A stretch of DNA of 64,000 nucleotides. Source: Armatimonadota bacterium (GTDB lineage: Bacteria > Armatimonadota > Fimbriimonadia > Fimbriimonadales > GBS-DC). The notes below the pieces were generated by a model, which made no database searches, was not told the origin of the DNA, and was given only the letters and a program-made list of their open reading frames with translations. The stretch covers positions 32,001 to 96,000 of the forward strand of contig JBBIML010000007.1 of NCBI GenBank assembly GCA_037444405.1, given 5' to 3'. The number at the start of each line of letters is the position of its first letter. Within the stretch, counting starts at the first letter, position 1. The position numbers and the translations under genes are program-made. Positions 43,326 through 53,552 of this stretch are shown one piece after another.

Positions 43326-43493
43326 TCACTTCTTCCGACGGCGCTGCTTCTGACGCCGCCGACGCTCGCTCGGCTTCTCGTAGTGGGCATGCCGCTTGTA
43401 CTCCTGCAAAATCCCACTCTGCTCCAGCAACTTCTTAAAGCGCTTTAGCGCGCTGTCCAGCGACTCATTCGGACGAACCTGTATCTGTGCCAA
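43326..43493 (-). CDS. rpsU: 30S ribosomal protein bS21
   Basis: Manual translation MAQIQVRPNESLDSALKRFKK...HYEKPSERRRR; TTG start with GGAGG RBS. Below the ORF-track cutoff. Confidence 0.95.
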   Translation of the reverse strand: MAQIQVRPNESLDSALKRFKKLLEQSGILQEYKRHAHYEKPSERRRRQKQRRRKK

Positions 43494-43660
43494 TGCTATC
43501 GTGCCTCCTTCCTCGTTATCAGGATTATACCCTTCGATTCTCGATGAATCGCCTCCCTCCTGCCAATCGCCCCAGATTATATCGGTTTCCCGCGCGAAAA
43601 ATCAAGTGGGTGGTTCGCCTGCAAGGAACCGCGCCCTTTGTGCCGAAAATACATATCACG

Positions 43661-44326
43661 ATGAACCTCGTGACTCTGGAGCAGGTGCGCAACGACCCGA
43701 CCGTCCGCGCCTATATCCGGGCAGCCAATCAGGCGCTGTACGCGATGGGCTACACGGAACACGGCTTGCGCCACGCGGGTATCGTCGCCAACAACGCGCG
43801 ACGCCTCTGCCTCAAGCTGGGCTACACCGAGCGCCAGGCGGAGCTGGCGGCGATCGCGGGCTTCCTGCACGATGTGGGCAATGTGATTGCCCGCGACAAC
43901 CATGCGCAAATCGGTGGCGTGATCGCCTTCCATATCCTCACCCAGATGGGCATGCCCGCCGAAGAAATCGCCATCATCATCAGCGCGATTGGCAATCACG
44001 AGGAGACATCCGGCTACCCCGTCAACTACGCCGCCGCCACCGTGATCTTAGCCGATAAGTCCGATGTCCACTTCTCGCGTGTGCAGAACCCGCACCGCGA
44101 GCAGTTCGACATCCACGATCGGGTCAACTTCGCCACCCAGCGCTCCCGCCTGCGCGTGCTACCCAAAGAGCGCATCATCGAACTCAATCTGGAGATCGAC
44201 ACGACGGTCGCCAGCCTGATGGAATATTTCGAGATATTTCTGGAGCGAATGGTGATGTGCCGCCGCGCCGCCGAAGCCATCGATTGCCGATTCCATCTAA
44301 CTGTTAACGGCTCCCCAATCGGTTAA
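43661..44326 (+). CDS. HD-domain phosphohydrolase
   Basis: GYTEHG, LHDVGN, GNHEE, LADKSDV, DIHDRVN. Confidence 0.85.
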   Translation: MNLVTLEQVRNDPTVRAYIRAANQALYAMGYTEHGLRHAGIVANNARRLCLKLGYTERQAELAAIAGFLHDVGNVIARDNHAQIGGVIAFHILTQMGMPAEEIAIIISAIGNHEETSGYPVNYAAATVILADKSDVHFSRVQNPHREQFDIHDRVNFATQRSRLRVLPKERIIELNLEIDTTVASLMEYFEIFLERMVMCRRAAEAIDCRFHLTVNGSPIG

Positions 44327-44421
44327 ACACCGAACAATCGGCGCCTTGTAGCGTCTACAGGCTACGGCAGGGACATCCTGTGCGGTTTGCAGGTGTTCCT
44401 GACTATCGGAAGGAGGGATGT

Positions 44422-44934
44422 ATGATGCGCAAACTCTGGTGGATAGCTGTACTGACGCTGACAGGCGCTGCGGCACTGGCGCAGAACTGCACGGTTGAAG
44501 GCGCCTTCGGCGCTGGGGCAGCCAGGTCGGAGCATTCCGATCGCCCGAACGCCCGTTTCGGGCTGAATGTGATCCATGCAACCTGTGGGGATCGGGAGTT
44601 CCGCGCGGGTGCATTCTGCTTCGAAGCGCGGCTTGAGAACCGCCTGGTGGAGATCCGGATGGTTCGTCTGACCCAGCTGGCGGTTGATGCCGAGCATCGG
44701 GTGGCGGAGTTCGCCGGGCATGCGGTGATGACGGTTCGCACGCGCGAAGGCGTGCGCCATGTGCGCGGGCTGGTGCGCGTGCGGGTGCAGGACAACCGCC
44801 CGCGCGATAGCGATGAGGGCGACCCCGATACCATCGCGGTGGCGTTCTTTGTGCCCGATCGCAACGAACCGGTGTTCGCCTATCGGGGCGCACTGGTGCG
44901 TGGCGACATCCTCGTGTTCCACCGCGAACGCTAA
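44422..44934 (+). CDS. Secreted hypothetical beta-rich protein
   Basis: AGGAGGG RBS; signal peptide ending AALA. Confidence 0.65.
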   Translation: MMRKLWWIAVLTLTGAAALAQNCTVEGAFGAGAARSEHSDRPNARFGLNVIHATCGDREFRAGAFCFEARLENRLVEIRMVRLTQLAVDAEHRVAEFAGHAVMTVRTREGVRHVRGLVRVRVQDNRPRDSDEGDPDTIAVAFFVPDRNEPVFAYRGALVRGDILVFHRER

Positions 44935-44992
44935 TCCCGATCCCCCTCAAATCGCCCCTTCCTGTATGCAGGAGGGGGCGATTAATTCTTTC

Positions 44993-45083
44993 TGGCGGAG
45001 GGGGAGGGATTCGAACCCCCGTCCCACACGAGGTGGGATGCGGTTTTCAAGACCGCCGCCTTCAACCACTCGGCCACCCCTCC
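44993..45083 (-). tRNA. tRNA-Ser(TGA)
   Basis: GGAGGGGTGGCCGAGTGG...CTTGAAA, long variable arm, GGTTCGAATCC, GCCA end. Confidence 0.96.
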
Positions 45084-45103
45084 GCGCCTTTAATAATACC
45101 CGT

Positions 45104-45880
45104 TCAGGGCTTCGCCTCGGCGGTCAGGCTCTGTAAGTATTGTGCCACCACCGTTTCCGAATCGCCGTCGGCGCGCAGAATCCCTTTGTCCAGCCAGAGG
45201 GCGCGGGGCGCAATTTGGCGCACCGCCGCCATATCGTGCGACACGAACAGAATCGTGCGCCCCTGCTGCTGAAACTCGCGGATTTTGCGGTAGCATTTTT
45301 GCTGGAAGTGGGCGTCGCCCACCGCCAGCACCTCGTCCACCAGCAGGATGTCGGCGTCCACATGCGCTGCGACGGCGAAGCCCAGTCGCATCAGCATCCC
45401 CGACGAGTAGGTGCGCACCGGCGCGTCGATATACTCTTCCAGCTCGGCGAACTGGATAATCGCGTCGAGCCGCTCGCTAATCTGCCTGCGGCTCAGCCCC
45501 AGAATGACGCCGTTGAAGTAGATGTTCTCCAGCCCGGTGAGGTCGGGATGGAAGCCCGCGCCCAGCTCCAGCAGGGGCGCCACGCGCCCGTTCACCTCCA
45601 GCGTGCCGCTGGTCGGGCGGTACACGCGCGCAATCAGTCCCAGTAGGGTGCTTTTGCCCGATCCGTTCTGCCCGATAACCGCGACGGTCTCGCCGCGATA
45701 AACCGTGAAGCAGATGGCGTTCAGCGCGACGATATGCTCCACCCGCCGGGGCAGGAACGAGAGCAGCAGCCCCTTGAGCGACGAGTAGGGCTGATGGGTC
45801 AGGCGGAACTCTTTGGTGAGCTGCTCGGCGCGGATGGCAACGGTCGCCATCGCAGGTGGTTCATTGACCGCCGCCGCCAT
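45104..45880 (-). CDS. Wzt/TagH-like polysaccharide ABC transporter ATPase
   Basis: GQNGSGKST, YSSGM, DEVLAVGD, VSH. Confidence 0.9.
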   Translation of the reverse strand: MAAAVNEPPAMATVAIRAEQLTKEFRLTHQPYSSLKGLLLSFLPRRVEHIVALNAICFTVYRGETVAVIGQNGSGKSTLLGLIARVYRPTSGTLEVNGRVAPLLELGAGFHPDLTGLENIYFNGVILGLSRRQISERLDAIIQFAELEEYIDAPVRTYSSGMLMRLGFAVAAHVDADILLVDEVLAVGDAHFQQKCYRKIREFQQQGRTILFVSHDMAAVRQIAPRALWLDKGILRADGDSETVVAQYLQSLTAEAKP

Positions 45881-47390
45881 AGCCTCCGCGTCCGCCACCG
45901 TAGCCGCCTCGCCCGCCGCCCGATGGCGGCTGCTGCTGACCCGCCGGGCGCGGCACGCTCTTGCTCAAACTGTTATCCACATAGATGCCCCAGTTGAAGC
46001 GCAGGCTGTTGCCTGCCCAGTCGCTGGCAATAATAGTGAGCGTGTGGCGTCCGTCGGGCAGAGGCTTCGCCGTGCTGCCGCCACCCGCCTTCAGCTCCGC
46101 CGTCAGCTCCCCTGTGGATGGCTCATACACGAACGCGAGCGGCTCGTCGTTCAGCAGCAATTTGAGCGAGTCGGGATTGATGCCGCTCTGGTCATCGCGC
46201 AGGCGTGCACCGAAGGTCAGCGGCAGCTGACCCGACATCATCTCGCCAATCGCCGGCGTCGTGCGCAGCACCATCGGCGGGATTCGATCGAGCCAGTCGT
46301 AGGCGAAGGCGGTCAGACTGCCATCATCGCTGGCAATCAGCAGCCCCTCCTCCATGAAGACGGGATTGCGGTTAATCGGCAAATAGTAAAGGGGGCGGTT
46401 GTTCGCGTCGCGCGTACCTTCGGGCGGGCGCAGTGTGTAGAGCCAGCGTATCTGCAGATCGGGCAGGGTGTAGACCACTACCGTGCCCCGCACCGTGCTG
46501 ACCCACAGGTCGCCCCTGTGGATAACAGGCGCGACCAGGGGTGGATAGCGCGCCTCAATAGGGGTCTGGTCACCTGCCACGATTCGCCCGTTGTGGTCAA
46601 ACACATAGATGCGGTTCTCGCGCGTGATGACGACCACATAGTTTTCGTCGGCGGCGGGCGCCAGGCGCAGCTCGGTGGTGAATCGGCGTGTCCAGCGTGG
46701 CGAGCCGCTGTTCGGGTTCAGGGCAATCAGCTGGTCATTCGCCGTCACATAGAGGCTGTTACTGGCATAGACGGGCTGAGCGTCATACACAGGGCTGGGC
46801 AGATTGAGCGCCCAGCGGCGGCGACCGCCGCTCGCGGTGATGGCGTGCAGGCTGCCACCGTTCGTGCCGAAGACGATCAGATCGCCCGCCTTGACCAGCC
46901 GCCCTGTGATGTAATCGCCCGCGCGATAGGGTTCCTTCCAGAGCGGCTCCCCACTGCGGGCGTTGATCGCGTACACCTCCCCGCGCCCCGTGCCGATATA
47001 GAGCGTGCCTTCCTCCAGCACGGGGATAGCTGTAGGCGCGCTGTCGGCAGTGAAAATCCAGCGCAGCTTGCCCGTCTCGATATCCAGCGCGTACACATTC
47101 CCGTTGCTGGCGCCGATGTAGACCAGCCCCTCACCCTCCACCGGTTGCCCCTGAAAGGTGGCGTTCAGGGGCGCATCGGCAGGATACTGCCAGCGCAGGG
47201 TGCCATCCGCCCGATTAACGGCATAGAGACGATTGAGGCACGGATAGTAGATGGTGCGACTGCCCACGCCCGGCACCGCAGGGTTATTGCGGGCAGGATT
47301 GCCGAAAAACTGCCAGGTCACCGTGGGCACCTGTGCCGCCGCCATCAGCCAGAGCCATCCGCCCAGTAAGCATAGCGTCCATCGGTTCAT
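45861..47390 (-). CDS. PQQ-like beta-propeller (BamB-like) exported protein
   Basis: Repeated YAxxxxxGxxxW blades; signal peptide; Gly-rich tail. Confidence 0.8.
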   Translation of the reverse strand: MNRWTLCLLGGWLWLMAAAQVPTVTWQFFGNPARNNPAVPGVGSRTIYYPCLNRLYAVNRADGTLRWQYPADAPLNATFQGQPVEGEGLVYIGASNGNVYALDIETGKLRWIFTADSAPTAIPVLEEGTLYIGTGRGEVYAINARSGEPLWKEPYRAGDYITGRLVKAGDLIVFGTNGGSLHAITASGGRRRWALNLPSPVYDAQPVYASNSLYVTANDQLIALNPNSGSPRWTRRFTTELRLAPAADENYVVVITRENRIYVFDHNGRIVAGDQTPIEARYPPLVAPVIHRGDLWVSTVRGTVVVYTLPDLQIRWLYTLRPPEGTRDANNRPLYYLPINRNPVFMEEGLLIASDDGSLTAFAYDWLDRIPPMVLRTTPAIGEMMSGQLPLTFGARLRDDQSGINPDSLKLLLNDEPLAFVYEPSTGELTAELKAGGGSTAKPLPDGRHTLTIIASDWAGNSLRFNWGIYVDNSLSKSVPRPAGQQQPPSGGGRGGYGGGRGGYGGGGQ

Positions 47391-47437
47391 GCTTGCCTCC
47401 AAACACCTCTGTTTAGACGCCGGATGCGCATCTCCTG

Positions 47438-47779
47438 CTACAGGCTGAACGAAGTGCCGCATCCGCACTGCCGCTTCGCGTTCGGGTTATTGAATCGGAA
47501 CCCGCTACCGATGAGCTCACCCGTGTAGTCGATGGTGGTTCCCTGCAGGATGCGCGCGCTCCGGGGGTCGATCAGGATGCGCAGACCGTCTATTTCGAAC
47601 TGCAGGTCGTTCGGGCGCGGCGCATCTTCAGGCTGCATCACATACTCCAGCCCGGAGCAGCCGCCCGCGCGCACGCCAATACGCAGGTAGGCATCAGGCT
47701 TGCCCCGCCGTGCCAGCAGCTGCTTGATCCGTGCCACCGCCCGCGCCGTGATCTCCACCGGCATCGCTGTCTGTTGCAT
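47438..47779 (-). CDS. iscA: HesB/IscA Fe-S assembly protein
   Basis: GGCSG, NPNA..CGCGTSF; leaderless-type TATAAT 7 nt upstream. Confidence 0.92.
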   Translation of the reverse strand: MQQTAMPVEITARAVARIKQLLARRGKPDAYLRIGVRAGGCSGLEYVMQPEDAPRPNDLQFEIDGLRILIDPRSARILQGTTIDYTGELIGSGFRFNNPNAKRQCGCGTSFSL

Positions 47780-47932
47780 CGTTAAGATTATACCTGACTG
47801 GCTCCTTGCCGATTCTGGGAGCGAGTGCGGTCCTGTCCAGATTCCTCACCCAGAACATCAAGCCAGTCCCTCACCCATAAATCGGCAGGTTCATCGATGG
47901 GGGCGCGGTCACGCCTGCACAGGGCAGAAAAC

Positions 47933-48002
47933 AAAAAAAAGCGGGACAGGCAGGTGATGAGGCTGCCTGTCCCCGGATAAATGGAGGTCTTGATGCGAAA
48001 CA
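47933..48002 (-). ncRNA. Candidate small RNA with CCUCC motif and intrinsic terminator
   Basis: GGTATAAT at 48015-48008; 11-bp stem 47943-47973; T8 tail. Confidence 0.5.
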
Positions 48003-48050
48003 TGATTATTATACCCCGTCTTCGGGGCGATTCCTGCTTCTTGCGGAGAT

Positions 48051-49295
48051 TCAGCGGCGCGATTCGCGGCTGACATGCGGACGCGAGCGCAGAACCACCA
48101 GGCTGATGAGGGCGCCGAGCGTGAGCATGAGGGCGCAACCGATGAAGGGCACGCGCCGCGAGGGGATCACCATCTCGCCCAGTCGCAGGTCCAGGTGTTC
48201 ATACAGGACGCCGCCGAGCAGGGCGCCCAGAATGCTGCCGATGCCCTGCGCGGTGCCCGCCGCACCCAGAATCACACCCCGCCGTTCGGGATAGACCTCG
48301 CTCAGCTCCGCCATCCATGCTGCCAGCGCCAGCACGAAGCTGAGCGCGCCCGCGCCCGCCGCCAGCAACACCAGCAGCAGGTTCGGTTGTGCAGGCAACA
48401 CCACCAGCCACATCACCAGCGCGCCGCCTGCCAGACCCAGCTGCACCGAACGCCCATGCCCAATCCGATCCGACCAGCGCCCAATCGGCACACTCAGCGC
48501 CCCAATCAGCAGCGCGGGGAACACCAGCCCCAGCCCGAATACCGTTTCGCTGACACGGAACTCCTCCATCGCGTAGAGCTTGACCAGCAGCATAATCAGC
48601 CCGATGCCGAAGAAGACCACGAACGCCAGCAGGAGATGCCCAGGCACCAGACGCACCGCGCTCAGGAACGCCCGCAGCGACACCTCGCTTCGATGCGCTT
48701 CATCGGGATGGTGGCTGCCGCGCCCGTCGCAGGGATAGAACCGCCAGAGAATGAACGCGGCGACCGCAAACAGCGCCGCGACCAAATAGAACGAGGCGGT
48801 TTTACTGCCCGTGAGGTCGTTTGCCAGCCCGCCCGCCAGCGGACCGAGCGCGACGCCCGACATGTAGGTCATATTCAAAAAGCTCATCGCCCACGAGCGG
48901 CGCTCCGGGGGCACAGTGTCGCCAATCGCGGCGTAGGCAGCGGGCCAGAGCATCGCCGCGCCCAGCCCGTCCAGCCCGCGCAACATCAGAAACCACACGG
49001 GATGCTTCACCCACACCGTGCAGAGCGCGGTGCAGGTCGTGATCAGCGGTCCGACAAGCATCAGGCGGCGGCGCCCGAACCGATCGCTGAGCATGCCCAT
49101 CGGCGCCCGAAAGAGCGCCTCCGTCAATAAAAAGATCGAGCCGACCGCCGTCACGGTCGACTCGCCCAGCCCGATGGTGTAGCGCAGGTAGACGGGCATC
49201 GCCGAGATGTTGAGCGTGACATAGCCCAGCTCGGCGCAGCCCGCCATCAGCACCAGCGCCCAGAACGCCCGCATCCGCCGCGCGTCGTCACTCAC
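48051..49295 (-). CDS. MFS transporter
   Basis: GMLSDRFGRRR motif A; about 12 TM helices. Confidence 0.9.
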   Translation of the reverse strand: MSDDARRMRAFWALVLMAGCAELGYVTLNISAMPVYLRYTIGLGESTVTAVGSIFLLTEALFRAPMGMLSDRFGRRRLMLVGPLITTCTALCTVWVKHPVWFLMLRGLDGLGAAMLWPAAYAAIGDTVPPERRSWAMSFLNMTYMSGVALGPLAGGLANDLTGSKTASFYLVAALFAVAAFILWRFYPCDGRGSHHPDEAHRSEVSLRAFLSAVRLVPGHLLLAFVVFFGIGLIMLLVKLYAMEEFRVSETVFGLGLVFPALLIGALSVPIGRWSDRIGHGRSVQLGLAGGALVMWLVVLPAQPNLLLVLLAAGAGALSFVLALAAWMAELSEVYPERRGVILGAAGTAQGIGSILGALLGGVLYEHLDLRLGEMVIPSRRVPFIGCALMLTLGALISLVVLRSRPHVSRESRR

Positions 49296-50374
49296 CCATC
49301 GTCCCTCAGGTCCGTATCGATGGCGACCTCGTGCCCCGTCTCCGACGATTGATAGATGGCGTCCAGTATCGCGTTCAGAATGAACCCGTGTTCGCCCGGC
49401 ACAGGCGACGGCTTGCCATGCTCAACGGCATCGATGAACGCCTCAATCTCGGCGTGATACGAGTTGATGCTCGGCAGGTGCGCAGGCTCGATATTGTAGA
49501 GCGTGCGGTTATGTTCGGTGAAGATTTTCACCGGCGGCTGACCAATCGGATTGGCGAACACGCCGCCCCGATCGCCCAGGATCAGCGTGTTGAACTCGTC
49601 GCCCTCAATATTGGCGCAGAAGCTCGATTCGAGGGTGAGCGTCGCGCCGTTTTCGAAGCGGATAAGCCCAACCGCGAAATCTTCGACGGTGAACTTTTTC
49701 GGGTCCCACTGCCCCATCAGCCCCATCACATCGTCGCGATGACCGAACTTGGTGTAGGTCGCGCCGAACGCCGACACGGGGCGCGGGTAGCCCATCAGCC
49801 ACAGCGTCGCATCCAGAATATGCACGCCGATATCGATCAGCGGACCACCGCCCTGCTTCTCTTTATCGATGAACACGCCCCAGCCGGGAATGCCGCGCCG
49901 ACGCAGGGCGTGCGCCCGCGCATAGTAAATCTCGCCCAGATGGCCCTCCTGCTGAATGTATTTGTACAGGAACTGCGCGACGCCCGTGAAGCGCCACTGG
50001 AGCGCGACCTGCAGGATTTTGCCCGTGCGCCGCGCCGTTAGCACCATTTCGCGCGCCTCGTGCGCGTTGCGGGCTAACGGCTTCTCGCACAGCACATGCT
50101 TGCCCGCCTCCAGCGCGGCAATCGTCACCTCCTTATGCAAATAGTTGGGCGTGCAGACGCTGACCGCCTGAATATCGTCGCGCTGAAGCAGCTCGCGATA
50201 GTCGGTGTACACATAGGGCACGTTGAACTTGGCAGCGGCAGCCTGCGCGTTCTGCTCGTTAATGTCCGCCACCGCGACAATCTGGACTCGATCGCCCAAT
50301 CGCGCATAGCCCGGCATATGCTGGGACTGCGCAATACCACCGGAACCGATAATGCCCACGCCTATCTTGCCCAA
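49292..50374 (-). CDS. Gfo/Idh/MocA oxidoreductase
   Basis: GIIGSGGIA, HVLCEKP, GGGPLIDIGVH; TTG start with AGGAGG. Confidence 0.92.
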   Translation of the reverse strand: MGKIGVGIIGSGGIAQSQHMPGYARLGDRVQIVAVADINEQNAQAAAAKFNVPYVYTDYRELLQRDDIQAVSVCTPNYLHKEVTIAALEAGKHVLCEKPLARNAHEAREMVLTARRTGKILQVALQWRFTGVAQFLYKYIQQEGHLGEIYYARAHALRRRGIPGWGVFIDKEKQGGGPLIDIGVHILDATLWLMGYPRPVSAFGATYTKFGHRDDVMGLMGQWDPKKFTVEDFAVGLIRFENGATLTLESSFCANIEGDEFNTLILGDRGGVFANPIGQPPVKIFTEHNRTLYNIEPAHLPSINSYHAEIEAFIDAVEHGKPSPVPGEHGFILNAILDAIYQSSETGHEVAIDTDLRDDG

Positions 50375-50430
50375 TTTATCTCCTCCTTGACCTGAATAGC
50401 GTTGCCAATGCAGTATACCCGCTCTCCTGC

Positions 50431-52848
50431 TCACAAAGCGCGCTCCTTGAGTGATGCCACCAGATCAATGCGCGCGAGGATTCGGAGCGCGGGCAACTGC
50501 GCCAGCAGACCGATCAGCCAGCCGCCCAGCCCCGCCATCAGGTAGGTATGCGGATAGATATGGGCGCGAAACGCAATCAGCTCCATCTGTTCGGGCGAGG
50601 CGACAATCGCGATAAAGAGCGCGACCATCCCCCGCCCAAAGAGCAGTCCAAGAAGCGTGCCAAGCGTCAGGAACAAGATATTTTCCGCCATGATCAGACC
50701 GTGCGCCTGCTGACGGCTAAAACCGATGGTTAACAGAGTTGCCACCTCGTTCCGTCGCTCCAGCACGCTGACCGTCACAATGCTCACAATCACGCTGAAC
50801 GCCAGCACCAGCCCAAACGCCATCATAAACGCGAGGAACCGACGGGCGATGGCATTCAACGCCTCCATGCGGGCGACCAGATCGTCGCGCACCGCCACCG
50901 CGCCCACCTCAGGCAGTCGCTCCAGCCGCTGAATCACCTCCTGCCGATATTCTGGCGCAACCCAGACGCGCAGGCTGTTGATAGCGTCGGGCGGTAGCAG
51001 GAGTTCACGGCGGAACAGCTGGCGCACGCGCGAGCGCGGCATGTAGACCATCGTGCCGATGGTCTCCCAGACCAGCCCTGTGACGCGCACCGGATGCTCG
51101 CGCGTGTCTTCATCGCTGAACTCGGCGGGCAGACTCAGCGCCACGCTATCGCCCACCTCAAGCCCGAGTTTTTGTTGAACGACCTGCCCGCAGAGGAAGC
51201 CGTTCGCAGTCAGCGCCACAGGCTCGCCCTGCTCGTTATGGAGTTGCAGATTGGGACTGTCTGGCTCCACGCCTTTCAGCAGGGCATCATATTCCTGCGT
51301 GCCGCGCCGTAAGCGAACGGGCAACTCCAGTGTGCCTTCCACCCTCAGCACGCCCCGCCAGTTTCGCACCTGTTCCACAACGCCCGAATCCTGAAAATGG
51401 GTGAAGCCCACCCGCAAATCCTCGCTCAGCGCCTGGTTCAGGTACTGCGCAATCACCGTTTCGCGCGAATCGATAATTCCGCGCGCCAGCATCGCCAGCA
51501 TGACACCGATGGCAGTGCCGAAGATACCCACCACGGTTCGTCGCGGGGCGCGGGTCAGATTGCGCACGGGCAATCGGTAGAGCAGGCGGGCGCGGTGCAG
51601 GAAGGGTATCCAGCGATCAAGCATCAGCGTGCGTCCCATCAGCGGCGCGGGTGGACGCAGCGCCTGCGCGGGCGGAATGCACGACGCCTGCCATGCCGGC
51701 AGAATGCCCCCTGCAAAGGTCGCGCCCAGCGCCAGCAACAAACCCACAATCGCTGGTGTAATCGGTGGCTCCACGCGCTCCACAGGCAACGCCAGAAAGC
51801 CCATATAGCCGCGTGAGAGCCAGCCCGAAAGCCCGACGCCCGCGCCGACGCCCATCAGCCCGCCCATTAACCCCGGCACCAGCGCCATGCTCAGATAGTG
51901 CCACAGCACCTGCAGTCGTGTATAGCCGAGCGCGTGCAGTAAGCCAATAATCTGCCGCTGCTGGAGCACCATCCGCATCTGCAGAGTGTAGAGCGTCAGA
52001 ATGCTCACACTCAAAAAGAGCATCGGGAACAGCACCGAGTAGGTACGCAGGATTCGGGTGGCGCTTTCCAGCAGGTAGTAGCTGGGCTGGTCTTCGCGCA
52101 TCACGGGCTTCTCCGCGCCATAGGCACGCAGCAGATGCTCCACCGCGCGGGCAACCAGCTCCCGATTGAAACCGGGCTGCACTGCCACCCGCACCTCGTT
52201 AATCTGCTCGCTCTGACCCGTGATTTCGCCCACCACCTCCAGCGGGGCGAACATCACGCCGAACACATCTTCGGAGGGGAGAACCTGCTGCTTGCTCTGG
52301 ACCACATAGATATATTCGGGACTTCGCACCAGCCCGGCAATCGTGAAGCGCACGCGCTCCCCACGCCACAGCACCGTGAGGGTGTCGTGCGGGCGCAGGC
52401 GATGATAGCTGGCGAACTTGCTCTCCAGTAGGATGGCACGGTCGCGTCCGCCGCGCAGGAACCGCCCCTCCATTAGGCGCAGCTGGTTCACCTGCAGCGG
52501 GTGGCGCGTCTCGATGCCGATCAGTCGCCCCATTAAGCGGTGCGGATTTCGGGAGCCGACCTCTATTGCGACGGTCTCCACCAGCCGCCCCTCCACGCCC
52601 GCCACGCCCGGCAGCTGCCGAATGCGAGCCACCACCGTGCGCGGCGCGGAACGAACCTGTATCCCGAAATCCTCCAGACGGTAGCGTGCGTAAGATGCCG
52701 TGTAGGAAAGATACATATCCCGATAGAGACTGCTGGCTACCGCAAACAGCATCACGCCCAGCATGACCATCGTGGCAATCGCGCCGTAGAGCCAGCGCAT
52801 CTGCCACATCTCACGCCGAATCTTGCGCCAGAGAACGCCCCCTACCAT
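50431..52848 (-). CDS. ABC permease, FtsX/MacB family (two repeats)
   Basis: VRSPEYIY, QRQIIGLLHALGY, ERRNEVATL. Confidence 0.88.
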   Translation of the reverse strand: MVGGVLWRKIRREMWQMRWLYGAIATMVMLGVMLFAVASSLYRDMYLSYTASYARYRLEDFGIQVRSAPRTVVARIRQLPGVAGVEGRLVETVAIEVGSRNPHRLMGRLIGIETRHPLQVNQLRLMEGRFLRGGRDRAILLESKFASYHRLRPHDTLTVLWRGERVRFTIAGLVRSPEYIYVVQSKQQVLPSEDVFGVMFAPLEVVGEITGQSEQINEVRVAVQPGFNRELVARAVEHLLRAYGAEKPVMREDQPSYYLLESATRILRTYSVLFPMLFLSVSILTLYTLQMRMVLQQRQIIGLLHALGYTRLQVLWHYLSMALVPGLMGGLMGVGAGVGLSGWLSRGYMGFLALPVERVEPPITPAIVGLLLALGATFAGGILPAWQASCIPPAQALRPPAPLMGRTLMLDRWIPFLHRARLLYRLPVRNLTRAPRRTVVGIFGTAIGVMLAMLARGIIDSRETVIAQYLNQALSEDLRVGFTHFQDSGVVEQVRNWRGVLRVEGTLELPVRLRRGTQEYDALLKGVEPDSPNLQLHNEQGEPVALTANGFLCGQVVQQKLGLEVGDSVALSLPAEFSDEDTREHPVRVTGLVWETIGTMVYMPRSRVRQLFRRELLLPPDAINSLRVWVAPEYRQEVIQRLERLPEVGAVAVRDDLVARMEALNAIARRFLAFMMAFGLVLAFSVIVSIVTVSVLERRNEVATLLTIGFSRQQAHGLIMAENILFLTLGTLLGLLFGRGMVALFIAIVASPEQMELIAFRAHIYPHTYLMAGLGGWLIGLLAQLPALRILARIDLVASLKERAL

Positions 52849-53552
52849 TCCAGACTCTCTACCTCCGCGGGCTGTGGCGGGTAGACCTCGCTCTCTACTT
52901 GCCCATCACGCAGTCGGATCACATGGTCGGCAATCTCCGCAATCGCCGAGTTGTGGGTTACCAGCACGATGGTCTGCCCCTCATGGCGATTGAGGGTGCG
53001 CAACAGCGTCAGGATTCGCTTACCCGTTGCGGAGTCCAGCTCGCCCGTCGGCTCGTCGCACAGCAGGATGGGCGGTCGCGTCACGAGCGCGCGGGCAATC
53101 GCGACGCGCTGCTGTTCACCGCCGCTCAGCTCGCCCGGAAAGTGATTGACGCGCTCATAAAGCCCGACGGCGTGCAGCAGCTCGTCCACAGGGCGAGGAT
53201 TGGCGACCAGCTCCGCTGCCAGCTCGATATTCTCCCGTGCGGTAAGCGTCGGCACCAGATTGAAAAACTGGAACACGAAGCCGATTTTATGGCGGCGGTA
53301 GGCGCTCAACTGCGCCTCGTTGTAGCGGCTGATGTCTTCGCCGTCCACAATTACGCTCCCAGCCGTTGGAGTATCCAGCCCTCCGATCAGGTTCAGCAGG
53401 GTGCTTTTGCCGCATCCGCTGGGTCCCAGCACCACCGCGAACTCGCCCCGCGCAATCTGCAGGTTGACCCGATTCAGGGCACGCACTTCGAATCGGTCGC
53501 GCCGATAAATCTTGCTGACTTCCCGCAGCTCAATCAGTGGTTTCTGGCTCAT
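52842..53552 (-). CDS. ABC ATP-binding protein (LolD/MacB-like)
   Basis: GPSGCGKS, LSGGEQQRV, DEPTG, VTH. Confidence 0.95.
   Translation of the reverse strand: MSQKPLIELREVSKIYRRDRFEVRALNRVNLQIARGEFAVVLGPSGCGKSTLLNLIGGLDTPTAGSVIVDGEDISRYNEAQLSAYRRHKIGFVFQFFNLVPTLTARENIELAAELVANPRPVDELLHAVGLYERVNHFPGELSGGEQQRVAIARALVTRPPILLCDEPTGELDSATGKRILTLLRTLNRHEGQTIVLVTHNSAIAEIADHVIRLRDGQVESEVYPPQPAEVESLEW

Noticed and set aside
44380..45083. Island integrated at tRNA-Ser
   Set aside because: No duplicated tRNA 3' end or integrase seen; neighbours have core-like composition
45104..45880. Wzt-like ATPase without an adjacent Wzm permease
   Set aside because: Partner may simply lie elsewhere; nothing else unusual
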